Of a stretch of 10,726 nt of DNA, positions 1 to 6,983 are shown in pieces; within the stretch, counting starts at the first letter, position 1, and each line of letters starts with the position of its first letter. Source of the DNA: Candidatus Methylomirabilia bacterium (GTDB taxonomy: Bacteria; Methylomirabilota; Methylomirabilia; Rokubacteriales; CSP1-6); NCBI GenBank assembly GCA_041496385.1, contig JBGQEL010000137.1:1-10726 (forward strand). The letters run 5' to 3'. The position numbers were made by a program, and so were the translations under genes. Under the pieces are notes generated by a model, which saw nothing but the letters and a program-made list of their open reading frames with translations, was not told the DNA's origin and ran no database searches.

Positions 1-408
1 GACGACTACGTGACCAAGCCGTTCTCGCCCCGCGAGCTGATCGCGCGAATCCGCGCCGTGGCCCGCCGGGGCAAGCAGGCCGACCCGCCCGGGAAGAAGC
101 AGCAGCTCAGGGCCGGCGATCTCGAGATCGACCGCCATCGCTTCGAGGTCCGGATGAAGGGGCGCCCCGTCGAGCTGACCCCGAAGGAATTCGAGCTTCT
201 CGCGACGCTGGTCGGGACCCCCGGGCGCGTGTTCGGGCGGGAAGAGCTCCTGGACATGGTCTGGGGCCGCGACGGCTTCGTCGAGCCGCGGACGGTGGAT
301 GTTCACGTGGCGCGCCTGCGTGGCAAGTTCACCGCCGCCAAGGCCGAGGAACCCGGGATCGAGACGGTCCGCGGGGTCGGATACCGATTCAGGGAGCCGA
401 AGCCGTAA
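1..408 (+). CDS. phoB: OmpR/PhoB-family DNA-binding response regulator, 5'-truncated by the window edge; probable PhoB/PhoP
   Basis: Frame +1 is open from base 1. DDYVTKPFSPRELIARIRAV is the end of a receiver domain. LTPKEFELL, RTVDVHVARLRGK and IETVRGVGYRF are winged-helix motifs. Stop is TAA at 406-408. The phoB assignment rests on adjacency to pstSCAB-phoU. Confidence 0.88.
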   Translation, partial: DDYVTKPFSPRELIARIRAVARRGKQADPPGKKQQLRAGDLEIDRHRFEVRMKGRPVELTPKEFELLATLVGTPGRVFGREELLDMVWGRDGFVEPRTVDVHVARLRGKFTAAKAEEPGIETVRGVGYRFREPKP

Positions 409-444
409 CACATCCGTAACACGACGTTGACGTGGTCGAAACAC
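403..444 (+). promoter_or_regulatory. Pho-box-like direct-repeat array (11-bp period) upstream of pstS
   Basis: CCGTAACAC at 403-411 and 414-422 (identical), degenerate CGTTGACGT at 425-433, and TCGAAACAC at 436-444 (7/9 match). All four start exactly 11 bp apart. They resemble the E. coli CTGT(C/A)A(C/T) and B. subtilis TT(A/T)ACA half-sites. Confidence 0.8.
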
Positions 445-476
445 TGGCGCGCGATGATCGAAGCTGGACAAGAGCA

Positions 477-482
477 AAGGAG
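477..482 (+). promoter_or_regulatory. Shine-Dalgarno site for pstS
   Basis: AAGGAG lies 8 nt upstream of ATG 491. Confidence 0.8.
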
Positions 483-490
483 AGCTAGCG

Positions 491-1468
491 ATGAAGAAGG
501 CCTGTGCGATGCTGCTCGCGTGCGCGATTGCCGGAGGGGCCACCGCGGTGTTGGCCACCGGGGGGCCGCCCAAGCTCGATCCCGCGCTCGTCCCCTACAA
601 GGCCGTGAGCGGGGTGAGCGGCAACATCAGCAGCATCGGGTCGGACACCCTCAACAACCTCATGACCCTCTGGGCCGAGACGTTCAGCAAGTTCTATCCG
701 AACGCCAAGATCCAGATCGAGGGCAAGGGGTCCTCGACCGCGCCACCCGCGCTGATCGCCGGCACGGCGCAGCTCGGCCCGATGTCCCGCCCGATGAAGG
801 GCACCGAGATCGACCAGTTCGAGAAGAAGTACGGGTACAAGCCCACGTCGATCCGCACCTCCGTGGACGCGCTCGCGGTGTTCGTCAACAAGGACAACCC
901 GATCAAGTGCATGACGATCGCTCAGGTGGACGCGGTCTTCTCGAAGTCGCGTCGCCACGGCGGCAAGGAGGACGTCACGACCTGGGGGCAGCTCGGGGTG
1001 ACGGGGGAGTGGACCGCCAAGCCGATCAGCCTCTACGGCCGCAACTCGGCCTCGGGCACGTACGGGTTCTTCAAGGAGCACACGCTGAAGAACGGCGACT
1101 ACAAGGACTCCGTCAAGGAGCAGCCCGGCTCGGCGTCCGTCGTCCAGGGCGTGACCGTCGACCGCTTCGCCATGGGATACAGCGGCATCGGCTACACTAC
1201 GGCCGGCGTGCGCGCCGTCCCGCTCGCCGAAAAGGAAGGCGGCAAGTGCTACGAGGCCGATCCCGACAACGCGTACTCCGGGGCCTATCCGATGGCGCGT
1301 TTCCTCTACGTGTACGTCAACAGGGCGCCGGGGAAGCCGGTCGATCCCCTGACGCGTGAGTTCGTCAAGCTGGTGCTCTCCAAGGATGGGCAGGAGGGCG
1401 TCATCAAGGACGGCTACTTCCCGATCCCGGCCTCCATCGCGAAGGAAGAGCTGGGCAAGATCCAATAG
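491..1468 (+). CDS. pstS: Phosphate ABC transporter substrate-binding protein PstS (Pseudomonas-like type)
   Basis: 325 aa with a Sec-type signal peptide. Motifs GSDTLNNLMTLWAE, GSSTAPPAL, GPMSR, GRNSASGTYGFFKE, GYSGIGY and YPMARFLYVYVN. Good RBS, and first gene of the pst cluster. Confidence 0.96.
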   Translation: MKKACAMLLACAIAGGATAVLATGGPPKLDPALVPYKAVSGVSGNISSIGSDTLNNLMTLWAETFSKFYPNAKIQIEGKGSSTAPPALIAGTAQLGPMSRPMKGTEIDQFEKKYGYKPTSIRTSVDALAVFVNKDNPIKCMTIAQVDAVFSKSRRHGGKEDVTTWGQLGVTGEWTAKPISLYGRNSASGTYGFFKEHTLKNGDYKDSVKEQPGSASVVQGVTVDRFAMGYSGIGYTTAGVRAVPLAEKEGGKCYEADPDNAYSGAYPMARFLYVYVNRAPGKPVDPLTREFVKLVLSKDGQEGVIKDGYFPIPASIAKEELGKIQ

Positions 1469-3720
1469 TGGCCGTCACCACACTGACGCTGAGCCGCGCG
1501 CGCACGAGCCGGCGGATCCTGCTCGACAGGGTCTCCCGCCGGCTCGTGGTGCTCGGCGGCGGCGTCATCATCGCCTCGATCCTCGCGATCCTGTTCGTCA
1601 TCGGCGCCGAGGTCTACCCTTTGTTCAAGAAGCCGACCGCGACGCTCGCCGGCACGTCCTCGCCCGCGGCGGCCGGTGTCGCGCCCGCTGCCGGCGACTC
1701 CATCGGCGTCGATGAGTACCGCGAGGTCGCATACGCAGTCACGCGGAGCGGCGCCGTCGAGCCCTATGCCCTCAAGGGCCAGCGGTCGCCGGCCGCGGTC
1801 CAGGCGCCGGCGCTGGGCGCCGCCAAGGTCACGGCGATCGCCGGCCTGGGCAAGGGGCTCTACGTGCTCGGCACGTCCGACGGGCGAGTGATCCCGCTCG
1901 ACGTGAAGTTCGACGTGACCTACCAGGACGGCCGGCGCGCCGTGGCGCTGCGGCCCGAGTTCGGCGAGCCGGCGGCCCTCGACCCCGAGAGGAAGCGCCC
2001 CATCCTGGGGCTCACCGCTGCCGCGACGGGATCCGGTCCGCTGACGATCGCCCAGGTGGGCCCGGCGGAGCTGCTCGTCCAGACCGTCGAGGAGAAGAAG
2101 GCCCTGGTCGGTCCGAGCCGGAAGGAAGAGTCGGTCGCGCCGCTGCCGGTTCAGATGACCGGCGAGATCACTGCCCTCCGGGTGGACGGGCGCGGCGAGG
2201 ACCTGTTCATCGGGACCTCGCGGGGCCAGATCGTCCGGTACGACATGCGCGACCGCGCGAGCCCGACCCGGGCCGAGGTGGCGGACGTCGCCGGCGTGCC
2301 GGGCATGCCGGTCACGGCCCTGGAATTCCTCATCGGCGACCGCACGCTCGTGGTCGGTGACGGCTCGGGCGGCGTCACGACCTGGCAGGTCGTCCCTCTG
2401 CCGAGCGGCGGCGAGCGCCGCCTCACCCGCGTCTACCGGTTCCAGGGGCACGCGGGACCGGTCGTCGCCGTCGGCGCCTCGAAACGCGACAAGGGCTTCG
2501 CGACGGCCGACGCGGCGGGGCACATCCTCGTGCACTACGGCACCTCCGGTCAGACGCTGCTGTCGATGAAGGCCGCTGCCGGCGCCGCGCTCCAGGCCGT
2601 CATCTTCGCGCCGAAGTCGGACGCGCTCCTCGCGGCGGATGCGGCGGGAGCGCTCAGCCAGTGGGAGGTCGACAACCCGCACCCCGAGGTCACGCTCAAG
2701 ACGATCTTCGGTAAGGTCTGGTACGAGGGGTACGCGGAGCCCGCCTACGTCTGGCAGTCCACCGGCGGGACCGACGACTTCGAGGCGAAGTTGAGCCTGA
2801 CGCCGCTGATCTACGGCACGCTCAAGGGAACGTTCTACGCGCTCCTCTTCGCGGTGCCGCTCGCCCTGCTCGCCGCCGCCTACGTCAGCGAGTTCATGCA
2901 CCCCACCCTCAAGGCGTACGTGAAGCCGCTCGTCGAGATCATGGCGGCGCTGCCGAGCGTGGTCCTCGGCTTCCTCGCCGGGCTCTGGCTCGCGCCGATG
3001 GTGGAACGCGTCGTGCCCGGGATCTTCATGATGCTGCCGGTCGTGTCCCTCTGCATCATCGGCGCGCTCCTGCTCTGGCGGCTCGTGCCGATCGATCTCC
3101 GCGGGCGCTTCCGGCCGGGGACGGAACTCGCCCTGCTCGTGCCGGTTGTCGCGATCGGCGCCCTGGCGTCGTTCGCCCTCGGCGGGCTCGTCGAGCGGGT
3201 CCTGATGAACGGAAACTACCGCGGCTGGCTCCTCTCGGCGCTCGGTCTCACCTACGACCAGCGGAATTCGCTCGTGGTCGGCATCGCGATGGGCTTCGCC
3301 GTCATCCCGATCATCTTCACGATCGCGGAGGACTCGCTCGCGAACGTGCCGCAGCATCTGCGCGCGGGCTCGCTCGCCCTCGGGGCCACGCGCTGGCAGA
3401 CGGCGATCCGCATCGTGCTGCCCAGCGCGAGCCCGGGCATCTTCTCGGCGGTCATGATCGGCTTCGGTCGCGCGGTCGGCGAGACGATGATCGTGCTGAT
3501 GGCCACCGGCAACACGCCCATCATGGAGTGGTCCATCTTCAACGGCCTCCGCGCCCTGTCCGCGAACATCGCGGTGGAGCTACCCGAAGCGCCGGAGGGC
3601 GGGACCCTCTTCCGCGTGCTCTTCCTGGCGGCGTTCCTCCTCTTCTGCCTCACCTTCGCCGTGAACACCGTGGCCGAGCTGGTCCGGCTCAAGCTCCGCC
3701 GGAAGTTCCGCTACCTGTGA
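1468..3720 (+). CDS. pstC: Phosphate ABC transporter permease PstC, long form with N-terminal WD40/beta-propeller-like extracytoplasmic domain
   Basis: 750 aa. The GTG start overlaps the pstS stop (TAGTG). One N-terminal TM segment, a ~350-aa soluble region, then a PstC core: PLIYGTLK, VEIMAALPSVVLG, the EAA-type loop AGSLALGATRWQT, and GRAVGETMIVLMATGN. Confidence 0.92.
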   Translation: MAVTTLTLSRARTSRRILLDRVSRRLVVLGGGVIIASILAILFVIGAEVYPLFKKPTATLAGTSSPAAAGVAPAAGDSIGVDEYREVAYAVTRSGAVEPYALKGQRSPAAVQAPALGAAKVTAIAGLGKGLYVLGTSDGRVIPLDVKFDVTYQDGRRAVALRPEFGEPAALDPERKRPILGLTAAATGSGPLTIAQVGPAELLVQTVEEKKALVGPSRKEESVAPLPVQMTGEITALRVDGRGEDLFIGTSRGQIVRYDMRDRASPTRAEVADVAGVPGMPVTALEFLIGDRTLVVGDGSGGVTTWQVVPLPSGGERRLTRVYRFQGHAGPVVAVGASKRDKGFATADAAGHILVHYGTSGQTLLSMKAAAGAALQAVIFAPKSDALLAADAAGALSQWEVDNPHPEVTLKTIFGKVWYEGYAEPAYVWQSTGGTDDFEAKLSLTPLIYGTLKGTFYALLFAVPLALLAAAYVSEFMHPTLKAYVKPLVEIMAALPSVVLGFLAGLWLAPMVERVVPGIFMMLPVVSLCIIGALLLWRLVPIDLRGRFRPGTELALLVPVVAIGALASFALGGLVERVLMNGNYRGWLLSALGLTYDQRNSLVVGIAMGFAVIPIIFTIAEDSLANVPQHLRAGSLALGATRWQTAIRIVLPSASPGIFSAVMIGFGRAVGETMIVLMATGNTPIMEWSIFNGLRALSANIAVELPEAPEGGTLFRVLFLAAFLLFCLTFAVNTVAELVRLKLRRKFRYL

Positions 3721-5330
3721 GCGGGCAGGCCCGGCAGCTCTGGCGCAGCGGCGAGCCCTTCATCTGGCTGAGCGGCGGGGCGCTCGCCCTCGCCCTGCTG
3801 CTCGTTGTCGGGCTGCTCGGCCTCATCGTCGTCAACGGCTCCGGCTTCTTCTGGCCGAAGGACGTCGTCCGTCTCACGCTGACAGACGGCAAGACCCTGA
3901 CGGGTCAGCCGGTCGAGCGCGAGGCGGTGCCCGAGCACGCGGGGCAGTACCGGATCAAGCTGAAGGTCGCGAACCGGGACCTCTACGGCGCGGACTTCCA
4001 GTGGATCGACGAGGCGAAGATCGCCGGGCGCGAGTACCCGGCCGACGTCGTCGTGATGGAGCGTACGGAGTGGGGGCTCCTCATCGGGACGATCACGGAC
4101 GTGCGCGAGGACGGCACGGCCGTGGCGGCCGGACCCGAGCAGGGTCTCGCCGAGCTCGCGCGGCGGCTGCCCGACGCGGCCAGGGCGCGCACGGAGATCC
4201 GGCGGATCGAGAAGGGTGAGGTCGGCGCGATCAATCACGCGCAGGAAAAGATCCGCCTCGCGCTCAAGGGGCTCGAGGGCAAGGGCGTCACGCGCGGGCC
4301 CGAGGTGGAGCGGTTCCAGGAGGAGCTGGCGCGGCTCCAGGCGCGGTACAAGGAGCAGGAGGCGAGGCTGGGGGAGCTGCGTGGGCGCCAGACCGCGAGC
4401 GTCGTCGTCACCGCAGACGAGGGCAAGGCGAAGGAGCTACCGCTGCTTCAGGTCTTGCACGTGGAGACGCCGAATACGATGGGCGTGGCGTCGAAGAGCC
4501 TGCACTACGTCACGCGGGTCTGGGAATTCGTGTCGGACGACCCCCGCGAGTCGAACACCGAGGGGGGCGTGTTCCCGGCCATCTTCGGCACGGTCATGAT
4601 GGTCATGATCATGTCCGTGATCGTCACCCCGCTCGGGGTCCTCGCGGCCTTCTACCTGCGCGAATACGCCCGGCAGGGGACCTTCGTCAGCGCCGTGCGC
4701 ATCGCCGTCAACAACCTGGCGGGCGTGCCCTCGATCGTCTTCGGCGTGTTCGGTGTGGGGTTCTTCATCTACGGCGTGGGCGGCGCCGTCGACCGTCTGT
4801 TCTTCGCCGAGGCCCTGCCGACGCCGACCTTCGGCACCGGCGGCATCCTCTGGGCGTCGCTCACGCTCGCGCTCCTGACGGTGCCCGTGGTCATCGTCGC
4901 GACGGAGGAGGGGCTGGCCGCCATCCCGGGCGGGACGCGGGAGGCCTCGCTGGCTCTCGGCGCCACCAAGCTCGAGACGACGCTGCGGGTCGTGTTGCCG
5001 GCCGTGATGCCGTCGGTGCTGACGGGCCTGATCCTGGCCATGGCCCGCGCGGCCGGCGAGGTGGCGCCGCTGATGATCACCGGCGTCGTCAAGCTCGCGC
5101 CGGCGCTGCCCGTCGACGGCTTCTGGCCCTTCCTGCACCTCGAGCGGAAGTTCATGCACCTCGGGTTCCACATCTACGACGTCGGCTTCCAGTCGCCGAA
5201 CGTGGACGCCGCCCGCCCGATGGTGTTCGTGACCACGCTGCTCCTGCTGGCCATCGTCGTGCTGCTCAATCTCTTCGCGATCGGCCTGCGCAACCGCCTG
5301 CGACGGAAGTACGCCGTGTCGGCGGTCTAG
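3717..5330 (+). CDS. pstA: Phosphate ABC transporter permease PstA, long form with extracytoplasmic insert
   Basis: Start reassigned from 3528 to GTG 3717, which overlaps the pstC stop (GTGA), giving 537 aa starting [18 protein letters not shown]. Core motifs: [50 protein letters not shown]. Confidence 0.93.
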   Translation: MSGQARQLWRSGEPFIWLSGGALALALLLVVGLLGLIVVNGSGFFWPKDVVRLTLTDGKTLTGQPVEREAVPEHAGQYRIKLKVANRDLYGADFQWIDEAKIAGREYPADVVVMERTEWGLLIGTITDVREDGTAVAAGPEQGLAELARRLPDAARARTEIRRIEKGEVGAINHAQEKIRLALKGLEGKGVTRGPEVERFQEELARLQARYKEQEARLGELRGRQTASVVVTADEGKAKELPLLQVLHVETPNTMGVASKSLHYVTRVWEFVSDDPRESNTEGGVFPAIFGTVMMVMIMSVIVTPLGVLAAFYLREYARQGTFVSAVRIAVNNLAGVPSIVFGVFGVGFFIYGVGGAVDRLFFAEALPTPTFGTGGILWASLTLALLTVPVVIVATEEGLAAIPGGTREASLALGATKLETTLRVVLPAVMPSVLTGLILAMARAAGEVAPLMITGVVKLAPALPVDGFWPFLHLERKFMHLGFHIYDVGFQSPNVDAARPMVFVTTLLLLAIVVLLNLFAIGLRNRLRRKYAVSAV

Positions 5331-5343
5331 GAGGAGAATGACC

Positions 5344-6162
5344 ATGTCGGCCAACGTCCACGTCGCCGCCGGCCTCAACCCGCACGCGAGCGTTGCGGGT
5401 ATCATGGAGGCGCCGATGGTCGAGATCGACCGCGTCTCCCTCTGGTACGGTCAGAAGCTCGCGCTCAAGGACGTCTGCATGTCGATCCCGAAGCATCGGG
5501 TGACGGCGTACATCGGGCCATCGGGCTGCGGCAAGTCGACGCTGCTCCGCTGCCTGAACCGGATGAACGATCTCGTGGACGGGGTGCGGATGACGGGCAC
5601 CATCCGGATCGGCGGGACGGACATCCACGACGCAGCGCTCGACGTGACCGGGCTCCGCAAGCGCGTGGGCATGGTGTTCCAGAAATCGAACCCGTTCCCC
5701 AAGTCCATCTTCGAGAACGTGGCGTACGGGCCGCGGATCCTCGGCCTGCGCGGCCGCGCGGACCTCGAGGGCATCGTGGAGCGCAGCCTGCGGAGCGCCG
5801 CCCTCTGGGACGAGGTGCACGACCGGCTGGGCGACTCCGCCCTCGGCCTGTCCGGCGGGCAGCAGCAGCGCCTCTGCATCGCGCGGGCGATCGCCGTCGA
5901 GCCCGACGTGGTCCTGATGGACGAGCCGTGCTCGGCGCTGGATCCGATCGCGACCGCCAAGATCGAGGAGCTGATGCTCGATCTCAAGAACAGCCTCACG
6001 ATCATCATCGTGACGCACAACATGCAGCAGGCCGCCCGCGTGTCCGACTACACCGGCTTCATGCTGCTGGGCGAGCTGGTCGAGTTCGGCGTCACCCGGG
6101 AGCTGTTCACGAACCCCCGCGACAAGCGGACCGAAGACTACATCACCGGCCGGTTCGGCTAG
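5344..6162 (+). CDS. pstB: Phosphate ABC transporter ATP-binding protein PstB
   Basis: Walker [10 protein letters not shown]-loop [18 protein letters not shown], signature LSGGQQQR, Walker B VVLMDEP, H-loop VTHNMQQA, and C-terminal [13 protein letters not shown] 5344 is preferred over 5338 because AGGAGG (5329-5334) is 9 nt from it versus 3 nt. ATG 5416 is another possible start. Confidence 0.96.
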   Translation: MSANVHVAAGLNPHASVAGIMEAPMVEIDRVSLWYGQKLALKDVCMSIPKHRVTAYIGPSGCGKSTLLRCLNRMNDLVDGVRMTGTIRIGGTDIHDAALDVTGLRKRVGMVFQKSNPFPKSIFENVAYGPRILGLRGRADLEGIVERSLRSAALWDEVHDRLGDSALGLSGGQQQRLCIARAIAVEPDVVLMDEPCSALDPIATAKIEELMLDLKNSLTIIIVTHNMQQAARVSDYTGFMLLGELVEFGVTRELFTNPRDKRTEDYITGRFG

Positions 6163-6175
6163 ACGGAGGCGTCCG

Positions 6176-6832
6176 ATGCAGCGACACTTCCACGAGGAGC
6201 TGGACGCGCTCAAGCAGACGCTGCTCGCGATGGGCGGGCTGGTCGAGGATCAGATCCGGCGCGTGATGCGCGCGCTCATCGAGCGGGACAGCGAGCTCGC
6301 GCAGGAGGTCATCGACCGCGACCGGCAGGTGAACGCCTACGACGTCGAGATCGACGAGAAGTGCGTGGAGCTGCTGGCGCTGAACCAGCCGGCCGCCGGC
6401 GATCTCCGCTTCATCACGACGACCATGAAGATCGTCACCGACCTCGAGCGTATCGGCGACCAGGCGGTGAACATCGCCCAGCGCGCGCTCGACCTGAACC
6501 GGGAGCCGCAGCTCAAGCCGTACGTCGACCTGCCGCGCATGGCCGAGAAAGCGCAGACGATGGTGAAGGAGAGCCTCGACGCCTTCGTCTCCCGCGACAC
6601 CGGTCTGGCACGGCGGGTCTGCAGCTCGGATGCTGAGGTGGATGCGCTCAAGGAGCAGATCTTCCGAGAGCTCCTGACGTTCATGATGGAGGACGCCAAG
6701 ACGATCCCGCGGGCGATCCGGCTCATCCTGATCTCCCGGTTCCTCGAGCGCGTGGCCGACCACGCGACGAACATCGCCGAGATGGTCATCTACATGGTCG
6801 AGTCGAAGATGGTGAGGCACACGCTGGCGTAA
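6176..6832 (+). CDS. phoU: Phosphate signalling complex protein PhoU
   Basis: 218 aa with two PhoU repeats: QPAAGDLR...DLERIGDQAVNIA and DAEVDAL...FLERVADHATNIAE. GGAGG at 6165-6169 is the RBS. Confidence 0.96.
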   Translation: MQRHFHEELDALKQTLLAMGGLVEDQIRRVMRALIERDSELAQEVIDRDRQVNAYDVEIDEKCVELLALNQPAAGDLRFITTTMKIVTDLERIGDQAVNIAQRALDLNREPQLKPYVDLPRMAEKAQTMVKESLDAFVSRDTGLARRVCSSDAEVDALKEQIFRELLTFMMEDAKTIPRAIRLILISRFLERVADHATNIAEMVIYMVESKMVRHTLA

Positions 6833-6833
6833 C

Positions 6834-6920
6834 GAGGCCATCGCCCAGCAGGCGGCGGGGGAGCCGAACGCGCGACTCGATCGCCGGACAATCCCGAGCG
6901 CGGCAGCGAGCGACGGCCTC
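6834..6920. repeat. Imperfect inverted repeat enclosing the region just 3' of phoU
   Basis: GAGGCCATCGC (6834-6844) is complementary to GCGACGGCCTC (6910-6920) at 10 of 11 positions. Function unknown. Confidence 0.4.
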
Positions 6921-6921
6921 A

Positions 6922-6927
6922 TATAAT
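6922..6927 (+). promoter_or_regulatory. Putative sigma70-type -10 element for the dpp cluster
   Basis: Perfect TATAAT in a very GC-rich intergenic region, 56 nt upstream of dppA ATG 6984. No recognisable -35 at 17-bp spacing. Confidence 0.65.
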
Positions 6928-6983
6928 GGGCCAATCAGAGGCGCGTGTGTGGTGGTCCCGCCCGCCTCGAGGAGGTCCGGCCC

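Noticed and set aside
427..465. Complete sigma70 promoter built on TTGACG
   Set aside because: No convincing -10 at 16-18 bp spacing (GATGAT is 20 bp away), so only the repeat array is reported.
491..560. Possible lipobox (LLAC) in the PstS signal peptide
   Set aside because: The Cys is at residue 11, too early, and the match is poor. The hydrophobic stretch continues to an SPase I-like AVLA site.
3528..3716. N-terminal extension of PstA in the ORF track
   Set aside because: It lies inside pstC and is low-complexity. GTG 3717, coupled to the pstC stop, is the more credible start.
6826..6836. GCGTAACG around the phoU stop, resembling a Pho half-site
   Set aside because: It is a single half-site with no partner at 11-bp spacing, explained by Ala-stop codons.
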